From assembly GCF_009834535.1 (NCBI RefSeq), contig NC_045696.1, forward strand, positions 102,860,001-102,924,000: 64,000 nucleotides of DNA, given 5' to 3'. Numbering within the stretch: position 1 is the first letter of the stretch; each line of letters opens with the position of its first letter. This document shows, piece after piece, positions 1-15,708 of the stretch. The DNA comes from Camelus ferus (Eukaryota). The notes under the pieces are model-generated. The model was given only the letters and a program-made list of their open reading frames with translations. It was not told the DNA's origin and made no database searches. A program made the position numbers and the translations under genes.

Positions 1-180
1 AAGTAGCACCAGGGTCTATTCCACTGAGGGAAAAGAAAAATCCCAAGTATGTGGCAGCAAGGTCTGATCATATTGAATGAAATGTAAATAAACAGACATG
101 ATGATTTGGCCTATGAAAAAACTCAGGTTGAAAAGATTCTGAAAAAAAAAAAAAAAGATATAATTTACAATTTCCATTCA

Positions 181-357
<177 letters not shown>

Positions 358-3041
358 TTATATACATATGATTACTAGTTTTAACCTATAATTTTCACAA
401 ATTTAAAATTACATATCATAAAAAAGAACATAAAACAACTATAATATATTTATTATAAGGTAATCTATATAAGAAGAAAAAACTAAAAAATTAAATATTT
501 TGAGATAGAATATTAACAAATTTTATATCTATTGCTTTTAAATAAATTGTTTTAGGATATCTTTTCATAGATTCAAAACTGTATTCTTCAATTCAGTTAA
601 ATTAAAAATTTTCTATTCCTGAATCTAGTATTATTTTAAATGAGATATGCTGATAACTAACACATTTCAATTATGATGTGGATGATTATCAAATTTTTCT
701 TTCCCCATTTATAAGTCTACTTTAATATACTACATATATATAACACATGACTCATTCAGCCAGGTTATTTTTGAAAGATGTTTCAAATCTTAAGAATGAA
801 ATCACTGGTTTATGCCTAATCTCTAGCTAATGGAAAAGTACTCCCTTTACTTTCTATAAATTAATGATCATATTCAATATCTAAGTAGGAATCCAACTAG
901 AGAATATTTGCTATAGCTCTTTCATTTACAAATATATAATTCTTAATTTATAAATTTGGTAGATGTTATATAATGTATATTTTTCTTTTAAATATAAATG
1001 TAATACATGCATGGTTTTTTTAAAAAAGCAAGCAGTTTAGAAACATAATGCTTCCCAATTCTCCTCCTTCCACCAACTCTAATCCTCAAAGATAGTCACA
1101 TTTCATAGAATTGTGAATATTCTCCTGATGTTTTCTATTAGCACACGAACATAATCAGACATACTATGTAAAGGGACAACTATTTCTACGTCACTACATA
1201 CAGAGTCATCTCAGTATTTCCTAAAACTGGATGGTTTCCATTTGATGGTGGTACATTGCATCTCCATTACTGGAAATTTAGGTTGCTTTTAATTTTTTAC
1301 TTCCATAAATAATGCAACAATGACTATTCGTTAGTTCACATATGCATGGCACACTTAGAATTGCTGGATAAAATGGCATGTATATTGTAAACTCTGATAG
1401 ATGTTTCCAAAGCACTAACAATAAGGAGAGCTCATTTTCCCCACATTTTCATTAGTACTTTCCCACCCTAATAGGTGAAAAATGTAATTTTAAGAGTCGT
1501 ATTACTCTGAATTTCTTTAGAAGCTTAAGCATCCTTTCGTGTTTACTATCCATTTATACTTCTTCTATAAACCACCTGTTCATTTTCATTAGCCTATTTT
1601 TCTGATGACTTTTTTAAGTCATCAATTTGTAAGATCTCTTTATATATCAAAGAAATTAGCCTTCTGTCTGGTCAAAGTGTTTTAAATATTTTTTCCCAGT
1701 TAGTTGTCTTTTTACTTTGTTTGCAATGGAGTTTTTTCTGTATGGAAATTTAAAACTTTCATTTAAACGAATTTATTGAACTATACCTTATTTACCTGAT
1801 AGGCTCCATATCATATTTAGACATAAAAATAGATTCTATATAATGCATTTTTAAGAAAACAATATTTGTGAAATCTAGTTATGATCTAGCTACTCATATA
1901 TTATATGATTATAAACAAGTATAATCATCTATATTTTAAGGATTTCAAAGGAGTATTTGCCTACACCAAAACTGCCCAAAAACTTGAGAAAAATATTTAC
2001 AATTAATCAACTTATCTTTCTGTTTCTATCACATCTATAGTAACCACTTTCTATAGTAATCAATTTTATCAGATTGTTTCTAAAAATGACTTTTGTATTG
2101 ATCTACATTATCATGTCTCAAAATATGGATTAGTGACAATGCACAGGAAGCATGACTGCTAGTAATGGTGGCAACCAGTTATGCTGGAGTAACAAAATGA
2201 CATTGTATGGAAAGCATTTAGATGTAACTTGAACAAATAATGAGGCAGCCTCACTTTATAAAATATCATTTTTGGTATTCAGAACATAATCAAAAGTAAT
2301 GGTGGGTGAGATAGGAAGAGGTCAGTGATTCCACTACACAAAAATATGCATAAAAATGGACAAAATTATTTTTAAAAATTAACCATTTCAGGTCACTGAA
2401 AATTACATATCAAGAATCAATGATTGGAAAACTTTCAGAGCTTCAGGCAAGAACGGCTAGAATCTGTGGCCTTCTTGCCTGAGGCTGCCACCATCACCTC
2501 TGCCCCAGTTCATTCAAGGAGAACTGCAGTTTTCCAGACCAAAGCTGGTAAATCTGTACCTTTGTGCCAAATAAGTAAAAATCAATTTGTTGGGAGGCAA
2601 AAACCTATAGCTCCACTGGCAAAAAGGGTTGGATTTAGTAAAGATGAACAAGGAAAATCTGCAGTTTTGTAAGACCAAACTTGCAATCTAAGTTGAAGCA
2701 AAAAGTAGACCAACCAGAAATTTAACAGAGAGATTTTGGAAATGAGAAGAGACATTCAAAGATTCATATAAGATCTCCACAGATCTCTGGCTGACTTAAA
2801 AATTATGTGCAGAACATCAGAAAGTCTGATAAAAAAGAAAAAGGCAAGGAACTCTTGAGAAATGGCTACAACTCTGAAAACATTCCCCAACTAACCACAG
2901 CCTGCTCAAGGAGATAGCAGAACCCTTACAGGCTCAAAGTGTATTAATGTAAGCTTAGCCCAAATCATTGACATGGATAAAGATGTGGTATATATACACA
3001 CAATGTGATACTACTCAGCCATAAAAAAGATGAAATCTTGA

Positions 3042-3520
3042 AGAGCAGCCGAGATGATAGAGTAGGAAGATCCTGAGCTCACCTCCTCCCTGGGCACAAA
3101 AACCCTTACAACTATTTATATAGCAACAATTGATGAGAAATAACAGAAGACTAGCAGAAAAGACCCTTCTACAACTAAAGATACAAAGATGGAACCACAA
3201 CTAGATGGGTAGGAGAGGTGGAGATGTGGTCTAGTCAAGACCCACACCCCCAGGTGGGCAACCCACAAACGGGAGGATAATTACACTTGCAGAGGTTCTC
3301 CCTAAGCAGCAAGAAGTCCAAGCTCCACACTGGGCTCCCCAGCCCAAGGGTCCTGCACTGGGAGGATGAGCCCTCATAATGTTTGGCTTTGAAAGCCAGC
3401 AAGGCTCAATTTCAGGAGAGTGAGAGGGCTGTAGGAAATAGAGAATCCACTCTCAAAGAGCACACACAAAATGTAACATACTTCAGGACCCGAGGCAGAA
3501 ACAGTAATTTAAAAGGAGCC
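3042..3520 (+). mobile_element. L1 5' UTR-like fragment
   Basis: Begins gagatgatagagtaggaagatcctgagctcacctcctccc, resembling Laurasiatherian L1 5' ends; locally GC-richer. Confidence 0.5.
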
Positions 3521-3855
3521 TTATCTCAAACGTACACAAAACTTTACTAGATGTAGATCCTAGAACTATAAAATTTCTATAAGAAAACAGGAGAAAATCT
3601 TTGATCTTGGGTTATGTGAATTTCATAGGTATGACACTAAAAACTGAATCCACAAAAGGAAAAACTGATAAATTGGATCTCATCAAAATTAAAATATTTT
3701 GCTCTTCAAAAGACCCAAAAAAGAAAATTAAAATAAGTCATAGACTGAGAGAAATCATTTGCAAAACATATATCTAATAAAGGACTGTGTCCAGAATATA
3801 CAAAAAACTTTTCCAACTCAATAAGAATAAGGCAAACAACTCTTTTTTTTTAAAT

Positions 3856-3861
3856 CATTTT

Positions 3862-3924
<63 letters not shown>

Positions 3925-4049
3925 CACTTTTTTTTGGGGGGGGGGGTAGTTAGGTTTATTTATTTATTTATTTTTAGAGGAAGTGCTGGGGATTGAACTG
4001 AGGACCTCATGCATGCTAAGCATGCAGCTCTACAACTTGAGCTCCTCCC
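3856..4049 (-). mobile_element. tRNA-derived SINE (Vic-1/VicSINE-like) with (GAAA)n tail, inserted into an L1
   Basis: tRNA-like head with degenerate A/B boxes. Flanking 21-bp direct repeat aacaactctttttttttaaat at 3835-3855 and 4053-4073. Confidence 0.85.
3860..3923. repeat. (TTTC)n microsatellite (SINE tail)
   Basis: About 15 perfect TTTC units read directly. Confidence 0.95.
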
Positions 4050-4911
4050 AACAACAACTCTTTTTTTTTAAATGGGTGAACGTTTTTAATAGATACTTCA
4101 CTAAAGAGGATATATTAATGGCAAATAAACACATGATAAGATGATTGGTATCATAAGGCATAAGGGAAATACAAATTAAAACCACAAAGAGATACTACTA
4201 CACTTCTGCTAAAATGGCCAAGATCAAAAAAAAACTAACAATATCAAGTGTTAGTGAGTATGTGGAGGAATTAGAATCAACATACATTACTGGTGAGAAT
4301 GTAAAATAGTACAACCACTTTGAAAAACAGTTTAGCAGTTACTTCAAAAGTCAAACATACGCTTAGTATACAACCCAGCAATTCCACTCCTAGGTATCTA
4401 TTTAACAAAAATAAAAACATGTGTCTACACAAAGATTTGTATGGGAATGTTCACTGCCAAAAACTAGAAACAACTCAAATGTCCATTAATTAATAAATGG
4501 ATAAAGAAAAGGTCAATCCTTACAACGGCATACTACTCAATAATAAAAAGGAAAAAACTACTGATGTGTGCAACATTATGGATGAACCTTAAAAAAAGTA
4601 TGCTAAGCGAAAAAGACTATAGACATAAGTTAACATATTTTATGATTCCACTTATATGAAATTTCTAGAAAAGAAAAAACTACAGACTACAGACAGAAAA
4701 AAGATCTGTGGTTACCTGGAGCTAGGGATGGGAATGAGGACTGACATACGTGGGCATGAGAGAAGTTTTTCCAGTGATGGAAATGTTGGAGTACTGGATT
4801 ATGGTGATGGCATATGACTGTACACATTTACTACAAATCATCAATCTCCACATTGAAAAAAAAAGTTTTTGGAGGAGGGCACTGTGGAGTTACGTGATTA
4901 TATTCTATGTA

Positions 4912-4967
4912 ATTTTCTGAGGTTTTTGTTTTAGCCACATTTTCTAGGGTTTTTGTTTTAGCCACAT
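4912..4967. repeat. 27-bp-period near-perfect tandem duplication (ggtttttgttttagccacat twice)
   Basis: Read directly. Confidence 0.85.
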
Positions 4968-7416
4968 CATGAAGGATATGGAAATACGTAATTCCATTTG
5001 TCCAAAGTATTTTTAAAACAGGAATTTCATATGGCTCAGTCTAAATATTTAGACAATATTAAGAAGAATTGGAGTAGATGAGGCAAGAGTAATTATAGGC
5101 AAAATTAATAAGAAATAAGAAAGGAAACTTGAATGGAATCTGTATAGGCAGAAATCAGGAGAGGAAATTTCTGAATTAAACATGTAACTGACAGCCACTG
5201 ATGAGACTCTAGTTTCCAATCTAACACTGGGGTGAAGAGTCACATTTCTAAACAAAAACAATATTAGCTATTAAGGAGCAGATATAGAGCATCAAACTCA
5301 TTACAGTGGTTAGCTTTAGAGAGGAGAGGAGAATTGGGATTGGTCAAAGGACTTCTGCTCAAAATTAAAGTTAGAATTTTTACAAGGATTTAATAAGAAT
5401 TTATTCACATATTACTTGTGTAACTAAAATACTTTTAAATAAAAGAATTGCATATTCCTAACATTACTTTAGCCTCATAGTTAACTGATTTTCTCAATGC
5501 CAAGAGTTTACTTTCTTCGTGGATACCTAACCCAGTTTTTACAAATTCAGTTGCTTTGAATTGCTTCACTCAATAATACAAGTGAAGATGAGTATATGGG
5601 GCTTACAGGCATTCAAATTCAAATATTTTTTAAAAAAACGCAGATTAAATAAAGCACTTCTGCAAATTAAATTTAATTGGCAGTCTACTACTTTGCTCTC
5701 TCTCCCAATTTGTGTTTTTCAATTCAAAGAAACTTTTTCCTTCCTTTAACAGATAACAAAGATTTCATATCTTCTTTTAAAGTTATTTGAAATTTCATAA
5801 CACATCAAATATTGAGACAGAAATCAAATTACAGCAATATTACTGAAAATATTTTTCTAAATGACCCCATTTAAAATTATTGCCCCCTGACCTTACCATT
5901 ACCTGCAAGTGCATCATCTCTAAAATTTAAAAATCAGTATCTTATGAATAGATTGCCTCTGTTCCTTATTGCCAGTACAGTGGCTCTTCAACTTCACTGA
6001 AACCTTTGCCAGTTTCTCTTTTTACTCATTTTATTAGCCTCTGTCTACTTAGTAATTCCTGGAAATGACTTTAGTCAGAACTCTTTGACATTTGCTATAA
6101 CTGTTTTCTCAATCAATAACAAACTCTCTCGAAGTCTTCCACAAATACACCAAACCATTTTCAGTTCCCTAAATAAACCACAATCACACTTTGTACTTTC
6201 TCTGTAAAATGTCTTTCCTTTTTTAATTCTTATTACTCTAAAAGCTTTCAGAACAAGTTTTTTCCTCTTCTCCAACCAAGCCAGGTTAAGCGTTCTCTCT
6301 AGCTCAAATCCACCCACCCCACCAACCAACTGCTTCAACCACTCACATATTTTACAAGTATACTATTTGGAAAATATTTATATTTGACATTAATAAAAGA
6401 TTTTAAAATCAGATAAAGCCTTAAAGATCATTTCTGCTTGTCATTTTATAGACTAGTCATTTTAAAACTAAAAAGTTAAATGATAGAGTCATAGCTATCA
6501 ACTAGATCTTATCAAAGAGAAATAGGGATCTCATTGCAAAAGGAAATTCAAAATAGAAAAAATTTCTTGTTCAACCTCTGCAAACAAACATTAAATTAAT
6601 TCCCAGGAGACATTTCCAATTTATGGATTTGAGACTATCTGTCGATCCACCAAAGATCTGTTCTTAAGGTGAGGAATGAGTGAGGGTGGATGGTTTGCAG
6701 CTTTAAAGCTAATTTCACATATACTGTACAACAATCTGTAACTTAAAAAAGTTTGTCAGCAGACTGCCTAGGACTTCCAGACTACATTTTCTGTAGTAAA
6801 TGCTATACGTGATACTATTTCAACTGTATCTGATTACTATACAGGTAATATTTACATAAAGGCTTATGCTGAAAATTAGATTCTCAAGTCAAGCCCAGAA
6901 CCTTACAGCTTATACCACATGCATGTGTATGATCTTGCTCAACCTGGTACTTTCCTGTCCATTCACTCCTCAACTGTTCTTAATATTTTCAACTGGGGAG
7001 AACGGGAAGAGAAAATGACTTAAATACTGTGTGAAAGGGAAAAAAGAGGCATAACAGGTTGAATATTTAGTTAGGTAGATAATAGTTTTTATTTCTCTAT
7101 AAATAAAATAGGAAATGGTATCTTCGCCCCTTCCACTACTTGGAAGTTCTCTTAGATTAATAAACTCTGCTTCCAAAAAGCAAATGGTAACCCCATCCCT
7201 CACCAGCAGGAGTATGAGATAAACCTTATTCATAATTTGAAAAATTTTCCTAATTATTCATCATTTGGTAAGTATTTCTTTAAAATGCAGAATTCATTGT
7301 ATAAAGCAAAGGAGCTAGAAGTTTGATTTTTGTAAGTCACCCCAATTGCATATTTCTTAAAATCTACGTAGAAAGAACAATACCTTACTGCATCACACAT
7401 CTTAATTTAAATCTTA

Positions 7417-7659
<243 letters not shown>

Positions 7660-8224
7660 TTACTATTTGTGACTTTAAAATAACATTTATCTAAAAAATG
7701 AAATGAAAAAAATTGAAGGCACAAAAAAACAAAAATTATTTTAAGGAATATAATAAACATTTTACTAGGACTAACATTTTTTTTAAACCTCAAAACCTAA
7801 CTTTAGTTAATAAATGCAGTATAATCATGACAGACAAAATCTTCAATAGGAAACATTCATACACTCAGAGTTCTGTTTTCCTAATAAAGAAGTGAGCACA
7901 TCTAAAGAAATACTTTAAGAAAAAGTGTTTAATTTTTACAAGATTATGGAGACATACATGACAAGACAAAGAAGAAGAATTTTAGAAAAAGAGCATAATA
8001 AAAAAAACAGAAATTTTGAAAAAAAAAAAAAGGCAGAGTATAAATGCATGAGAAAAAAATATTTAACTCCACCTCTATGGCAAACCTTGTCACATTGATA
8101 GCAATAAAGTTACTTAAAAGTGATAAGTAAATAGAAGGCACTCTTCCTTTTATATAATTCTCCACATATTCTCAGTAACCATCTATAATGTTCCCTGTTA
8201 CAAATGCACAAAAACACTAACAAT

Positions 8225-8425
8225 CATAGCTACTGGAAGTGTTAGGCATTTATATTTATCATCTCATTTAATCCCCACAATAACCTGCAAAATTGAGCAT
8301 TATAATCCCCACGAAGAAACTGAGGCTCAGAGAGGTTAATGTGCCCGAGCTACACAATAGAGTGGCAAAGTGCAGAGAACCCAGGTGTGTGTTACTCTGG
8401 AGGCTGGGCTCCTTTCACTACACCG
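8225..8425 (-). mobile_element. MIR SINE
   Basis: Core gaaactgaggctcagagaggttaa. Confidence 0.7.
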
Positions 8426-9361
8426 GCTTATGCTTAGTGATGGCATGATACGAGAAAGGAAACATTAGTAAATAAAGATCAGGGTTCAGTTTTAAAAGGT
8501 TGACTATTTTATGGCTACTGCATACTCTTCCAAAACTTCTCACTTTTTCACAGATATTTTTCTGAGAGCTATTTGATTCCATAGTATAAGCTCATCTAGT
8601 TCACAGTTTATTTTTGTCATTTTTATTAACATTGTAAAAGTAGTGCACACACATTATAAAATATCTGAAAAATATAGAAAAGTGAAAAGAAGAATAAAAA
8701 TACCTATCTTCCTACTACTCGAAAACATTTACCATATTTCCTTCTAGTCCTTTCTCTACCACACCCACTTTTAAGGGTAACATTGGCATGAATGATTTGG
8801 CACCAACAATTAAAAACAATGGTCCTTAATATTTTGAAGATCAAAGACCCTTTTAATGATCTCATAAAGCTATAACCTAAAATCTTTTGGAAAAAAAATC
8901 CATGTAGAGAATTTTGCATGCAATTTAAGGAAGCTAATAGATCCTATGTTCAAGATATTTTATTTTGCTGATTTAAATAACACTACCACAAACATCTTTA
9001 TGAATATAGTTTTTTCAAAATTTAGGATTATCACATTAACATAGAACTCATGAAGTGGAATTATAGGTCTAAAGGCCATGAACAGTTTTGAGGCTTTTGA
9101 TACATAGTATCAAAGTCCTTTAAATAAGTTTATATTACCAATAATACAGGAATGTACCCACACACTAAGGTTTACTCACCAGCACTGGGCATGATAACTC
9201 CCAATTTATGAGTAAAAAAACTGTCATGAAATATTAATTTACTCTTCCCTGATTACTGATAAATTTTAATGTTTTCTGACATACTTATCTTTTTTCCCTC
9301 TTTCATGAATAGTTTGTTTATATACTTTCCATTTATTTATTGGGGACTTCAAATTAATGAA

Positions 9362-9424
9362 CTTATTTGACACAACACTGTAAAATGACTATAACTCAAT
9401 AAAAAAATGTTTAAAAAAAAAAAC
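9362..9424 (+). mobile_element. Very short 5'-truncated L1 3' tail
   Basis: ttgacacaacactgtaaaatgactataactcaataaaaaaa plus poly(A), similar to the 3' ends at 19.3 kb and 47.1 kb. Confidence 0.55.
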
Positions 9425-11552
9425 TACAGAGAAATCTAAAAATTTACTCCATTCTCCCTAATTACAAAAAAGAGGTTATAAAGAGGAGAAAATCATATTT
9501 AATCCCTTAGGGAAAAAATAGTTCTCACTTTTCCTATGAAACACACTTAACTATATGAAAAACACTATTAGACATAGATGATTAAAGTTCATAATTCCAT
9601 TGCTCATAATATAAGCTATACACTATCAAAAAAAACCACCTGTATTTGAAAGTCAAAATTTATCAAAAGATAATTTTTATAAGCCAGGAATACAGAATAA
9701 ATTCACTGAGGTGGTAAAAAAAAAAGTATATAAAAATATTTGACATTGCCTGTCTAGAAGTAATAGGGCTATTAAACTATAATTCAAGCAAAGGCTGGAT
9801 AACCTTTTTTGTTAAAGGTAAAGTAGAAAGTATTTTTTCACTGAGTAGGTGAGGACAGCCCACCCTTGCAACTCAAGATTCAATTGGCAGTGGTAATGGT
9901 GATGAAATAATATGTCAGTTGCTCTAATATCCTGACACACTACACCCAACCTCCCCAAGAAAGTAAATGGGTTAAAAGGCTAGAAAGTGGAATAGGTCTA
10001 CCAAAATATACTAGTAACTGCAGGTTAGGTGGCAGAAATTGAACAGGATTCCAGACATTTCTGATTCTTTGGACAGGGGCTATATTCTTAGCCTTTTCCC
10101 CCTCAATTCTTGTTGGTTTCTTACCACCACTTAAACTAGTTGGAACTATCCTCTGGAGAATGTCACGCTTACACAAACTTTGTAATAGTTTAAATGAGGG
10201 TAAAATATTTCAGCTAATATATGATAAAATATGTAATTTAGGGGAGCTTCTCATTGTTCTCAGATAATGGCAGATAATATGCATCCAATTGATAATTCTT
10301 TCTTAAAACAATATTTTTCATATGAGTATAGCTAGTTTACAGTCCCAGAAATTATTTTTACTGATTATTTCACTACATCCTCACCAGTAATGAGTGTTAC
10401 AACTTTTAAATTCTGATATACAACAAATACCTCATTTTTACAGAATATATTTTCTTATTAGTAACTATCTTCTTAATTATAAAAACAATAAAGAAAATAA
10501 GAATAAGAAAAAAAATCCTTAATTTGGTAATGAGAGCCATACAGTTCCTTTTCTATGCATATTTTTAACCGTGGATTGTATTATATGCACAGCTCATTAT
10601 CTTCATTTTTTTCACTTCCTCTATTATATGTTTTCATGTTCCTAAATACCTTTAAAAGTACCATTTTAATCATATGTAATTATTTATATTTCCAATCTTT
10701 CATTTTGGGATATTTAGAGTGTGTCACATGGTTTTTTCACTTCTACAAATAAGATTACAATTAATATTTTTGACCACTTCCTTGATAAATTTCTAGAGGA
10801 GGAAGCACAAGGTTAAAGAATATGAACATCTCTCTTGTGTATGACATATCCTGTCAAACTGCTTCCCAAAACACCCTCCCTACCTGTGATGTATGAGACT
10901 GGACTACTCCTTTGCCATCAATGATTTTTTTTAAAAAAACTTTGCTAATTTGATAAGCAAAAATTAGCATCTTCTATTTGATTGTCAGTAAAGTTTAATA
11001 TTTTGTACCTTCTTTTGAGATTTTTTTCATGTCCTTTTCTCATTTTGGTGTTTTTCATCAATTCGCCTAATATTAAGATTATGAATTTGTGATATATGCT
11101 GAAAATATCTTTTGAAAGTTATCTATCTGCCTTTTAAATTTTGCCTGATGCCTTGATCCCAGAAATTTAACTTCTGTACAGCCAAAGGCTGTGCCGCATT
11201 GTCCATTGTTTTTATGCTCAGAAAGTTTTTCCCTCCCAATCATCTAAATATTCACCTACATTTTCTTCCAGTTTTATAGTTTCATTCTTTATTTTTAATT
11301 CTTAGATCCATTTGGAAACGAATCTGTATTTTCAACTTAACCTGCAGAATGTTTCAAACTAAAAATACTGGATCACATTAACAAAATTATAGAAATATCA
11401 CTAGTTTTAAAAGGTTTCCTGAAAGCAATATTAATTATTCTTGCAAGTGTCTACTTACTTTAAAGCAATATTTTACGGAGTAAAAAAATCTATTTATTTA
11501 AAACAAAATAAATTGGAGGGGACGAAAATAATGGCAATGGGGCAGAGATCTA

Positions 11553-11753
<201 letters not shown>

Positions 11754-14329
11754 TTATTTTTACTAATAATTCATAAATAAAACTATTTGTAATTTAAACT
11801 GTATTATATACAGTAATACTGAACTTTCAAAAATTTAGACTGTCCAAATAGTACATTTGCTTGCCTTAGCAGTACTTCTGTGTACCACAACACACACATT
11901 TTTGTCCTGGGTTCACTGCATGAGCTGACAAAATAATGAATGCTTGACAGAGGGGTTTATTAATGAAATAGTGCTGATCCATGCAGTATTTAAACTTGAA
12001 ATGTTCTTTTTTCCTAAGATCTTTACTCTTGAACTGTGGACCAAAAGAATCTTAACACTCCAAATCTATAAAAGACATTGCCAAGAACAATTACTACAGG
12101 TAAAGGATTGTGTTCAGCCTGATAAAAATGCTAATCAATGCAACCATGAGCTAAGGGACAATGAGAAAATATGTAAACATCTGCTCTCATCTTTAAAGCA
12201 CAGATGGCTGACTGAAATTACAAATATGACATTAATGTTGCAATCTTATCAAGTAAAAAACACAAAGAACTAGGCTACCACTGTCCTTAGAGATAAGAGG
12301 GAGAAGTGACTTTATAGTTTTACTCTCAAACTCATTACTCCCATAGCTCATTTTGAAGCTCCAACTTTGATAGGAGGAAAAAGTAAATAGAAGCTGAGGA
12401 AATAGAGATTATTTTTTTCAATTCTCTGTAACCAAGTCTACAGTCCTATTATGGTCACTGGCAACTGTGACATCAGGTTTTGGGTTTCTTTTTGTTTTGT
12501 TTTGTAAGGAAAACCATAAAGGCAGAAGAGAAAAATGGGGATAAGTAATGATTTAACCTAAGAAAATGTCTTGATTATTTTCAGTCTTTATCTTTTAGAC
12601 AATGATCATCTTTAATAACTATTTAAATAAACATTTTCTCCCTTGAAAATGAAATTATATCAGATGTTAAATATTCCTCATAGCTGAAAAGAATATAAAC
12701 TTTCACCTACTTTATCTAGATGTCAAAAATAGGACTAAAAATGACAGATTTTACCTGGATGTGTAAAAATAGGACTAAGCACCTCAAAGAAAGGGTTGGG
12801 GGCCATGTTCAACCATTAGAAACTGCCTATGTATTCATAAAGGAAAAACTCCCCACTCTCAGGGGACACTTAAATTACTATTTTATCCCTTTAAACTTTT
12901 AGGTTCATTGGGCTGTAGCTTATTCTTTAGAAACTAGCATTATTATTTTTCTGCTTTGCAAACATTTTTCTTCAGTTTTTACTGGACTTGGTCAGGTAAA
13001 GCAAACAAACAAAAAGAACCATGTGTTCATTACTACTAAATATTTCATTTATGATCTTTAATTTTAACCTATAAAGATAACTATAGTAATGCGCCTGATC
13101 TCAAAGTCAAAACATTAGGTAACTCCAATCATCTGAAACATAGGCATGGATCTAGCTGCAAGTTTCTTCCAGAACCATACTGAGCTGTCACAAACTAACT
13201 TCATGGGCATTATTTCCTAGAAGCAACTGCCTCAACCACACGGACAGAGTAGTCTATAAATGACGGATATCTGGCTTTCCTAAGTACACTTCAGGTCTCT
13301 ACTGAAAAAGGGAAGAGCTAGATTAAAGCCAACAAAGAAGAGGGAAAAGGATGAAAAAATTGCTAAAAAGTTGATCATTGAGAAGATAAAATATCAGCAA
13401 AATATAGCAAAATCAGTCAATACACAGCAGGCTGAAGCCATTTAATATAAGGAAAATATGTCAATCGTTTCAGACTATATGAAGCAAAGTAAAATGATTA
13501 CACTCTCGACACCCACTTACGATGGTAAAGTTAAATTATATTCAGATATACTATTTAGTTAAGAATAAAGAAAGATTCATGTTAAATCTTTCCATGCTTA
13601 AAAGAATAAGCTTCAGGTGTAAAAATATTTATTTATGTAAAAAAGTCATTAAATAAGGAGTTGCCATTGACTTTTTTATTCTGCACAATGCTGTGTTATT
13701 TGATAAAGAAGGAAGTTCTGAGGGAAAAAATGTTTTATTTTAAAAATATCTGTGGGTATACAAAATGTCCTCATTGGTTTTGTTTCTCAATTGCTCAGAT
13801 ATTTGATCATTCCTTATTAAAATCTATTCAGTATATATTATGTATTACTGAGGTTACTATCTTCCTTCCCTCCTCAGAATTTGTCTTTTCAACAATTCCC
13901 ATACTCTTTCCTCTAAGCTCAGAGTAAGAAACTACTTGTTTCCTTCCCAAAGCTAAATTTCCCACCTTGGTTTTAATTTAGTGCTCCTGTCTTCTATAGG
14001 ACCTTGGTCCTCCATTCGCAGAAATACCAGTCCTAGCCCCCACCTCCTAAAAACATGAAATTCTTCCTTACTCTTTGCTAACTTGACTTGACCTATCTTT
14101 TTCTTACCACTCAAGTTTTTACTCTCTCACTCTGCAAACTTCTCAAACCCATGCATATCATTTTCTCTAATTCTCGTGATGCCAGAGTTTCAGAATCCAA
14201 TGGCCTTTCCTACTTCCACATGTTTCTTGATTTCTAAGCAACATAGTAAAACGGTTTCTTTGGTCTTCGCAATGCTGCATTATCCTAACTCCTTTAATGA
14301 AACCCTTTCCTTCTAATGTACTTTATTGA

Positions 14330-15110
14330 TGTAGATGCTCCCTGAGAAAGAATCAGCACTAGTTTGCTCTTCTCTGTGATTTCACCCGCTGTCGCAATGT
14401 CCGTGATCTCCCCACGCCCACGACTGCTGTATCTCTCCAGCCCAACCTCTCCCTAGAGATGTAAGCGTTCCATCGGAAACTGCCTGATATCCTTAAAATA
14501 AACAAGGCTAAAACCAGAATTCACATTTCTCTGCCCTGAGCTTGACTTCTTAGCTTCCTGTTTTTCTTTCATCCTTCTCCAAGTCACCCATGTTTAAGAT
14601 TTTCAAATCATCTTGGACTCCTTCTCAGTTCCCTCCACCAAATTCAAATACTCACTAAATTCTATCAATACTTCCCCCATAACATCTCTCACATCTGCCA
14701 TCCCTCTCTCATTCTTAGAGCCCAGTATTCTAGGTCAGGCTTTAATCTCTTCGTATCTGGATTACTATAAAAACCGCTCACTCAAGCTGTTTATAGACCT
14801 CCCCACTTTCCACTTCTTAATCTATATTGAACACAGCCACTAATTGGTTTTTCTAAAATGCCATTGGACACATCACATCCTTTCTAAAAAATTATTTAAT
14901 GATCTCACTATCTATCATATAAAACACAAATTCCTTAGCCTGGCATTCAGGCTCTTTTCATCAGTTTTGTTTTAGTTATTTTCCCAGGTATCTCCCACTG
15001 CTATCCAACCCAAATATTTTGTTCAAAAAGACTAAGTCAATTCACTGTCTCAAGAATATACATTGAATGTGCCTTTGTTTACATCTTTCTCCACCTCCTA
15101 TTCCTGACCT
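14330..15110 (+). mobile_element. L2 LINE fragment
   Basis: C/T-rich with motifs atctctccagcccaacctctccc, atcatcttggactccttctc, ttccttagcctggcattcaggct. Confidence 0.55.
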
Positions 15111-15144
15111 AGCTATACATTTTTGAGAGTAGTTTCAGGAAATA

Positions 15145-15375
15145 GGTAAAAGCATGTACTCTGGAGCCAGAACCTGGGTTCTAATTCTGGATGTGGCATT
15201 TATGCAGTGACTTTGGACATGTTACTGAAATTTTCTGTACCTTGGCTTTCTCCTCTATAAAATAGGAATAATAATTGTACCTATCTCACAGGACTGTTGT
15301 GAGAACTAAAGAAGTGAATATATTTAAGATTCCTAGTACACGGTAGAACTATATAAATATTAGCAATTATTAGTA
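15145..15375 (+). mobile_element. MIR SINE
   Basis: actctggagccagaacctgggttctaattc...gtgactttggacatgttact...ctataaaataggaataataattgtacctatctcacagg. Confidence 0.7.
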
Positions 15376-15480
15376 TTTCAAGGCTGAGCTCAACTGATAC
15401 TCTTCCATGAAACCTTTCTTGATGGCTCAAATCCAGTTTCCAAAACATTTATTGCAAACCACAAAAGTTTGAGTACGAAA

Positions 15481-15708
15481 CAGAGTTTCTCAATAGTGGC
15501 ACTATTGACATTTTGGGCCAGATAATTCTTTGTTGTGGGATAATTCTTTGTTTAGGGGCTGTCTTGTTCACCATAGGATGTTTAGCGGCATCCCCACCTC
15601 TGCCCACCAGGTGCCAGCAGTAACCCACTCCCAGCTGTAAAATCAAAATGTTTCCAGATGTTGCCAAATGTCCCCTGAGGGACAAAATTGTCCAGTTGCG
15701 AACCACTG
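15481..15708. mobile_element. MER20-like hAT-Charlie nonautonomous DNA transposon
   Basis: cagagtttctcaa...ggcactattgacattttgggccagataattctttgttg...gatgtttagcggcatccc...tttccagatgttgccaaatgtcccctg...gttgcgaaccactg, with imperfect TIRs. Confidence 0.85.

Larger units (their letters stand above)
3520..4865 (+). mobile_element. Old L1 (L1M) ORF2 3' end and 3' UTR, interrupted by the SINE
   Basis: Typical ORF2-tail motifs (gaaatacaaattaaaaccac, acccagcaattccactcctaggtat, caaatgtccatt) and an A-rich end. Confidence 0.85.
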
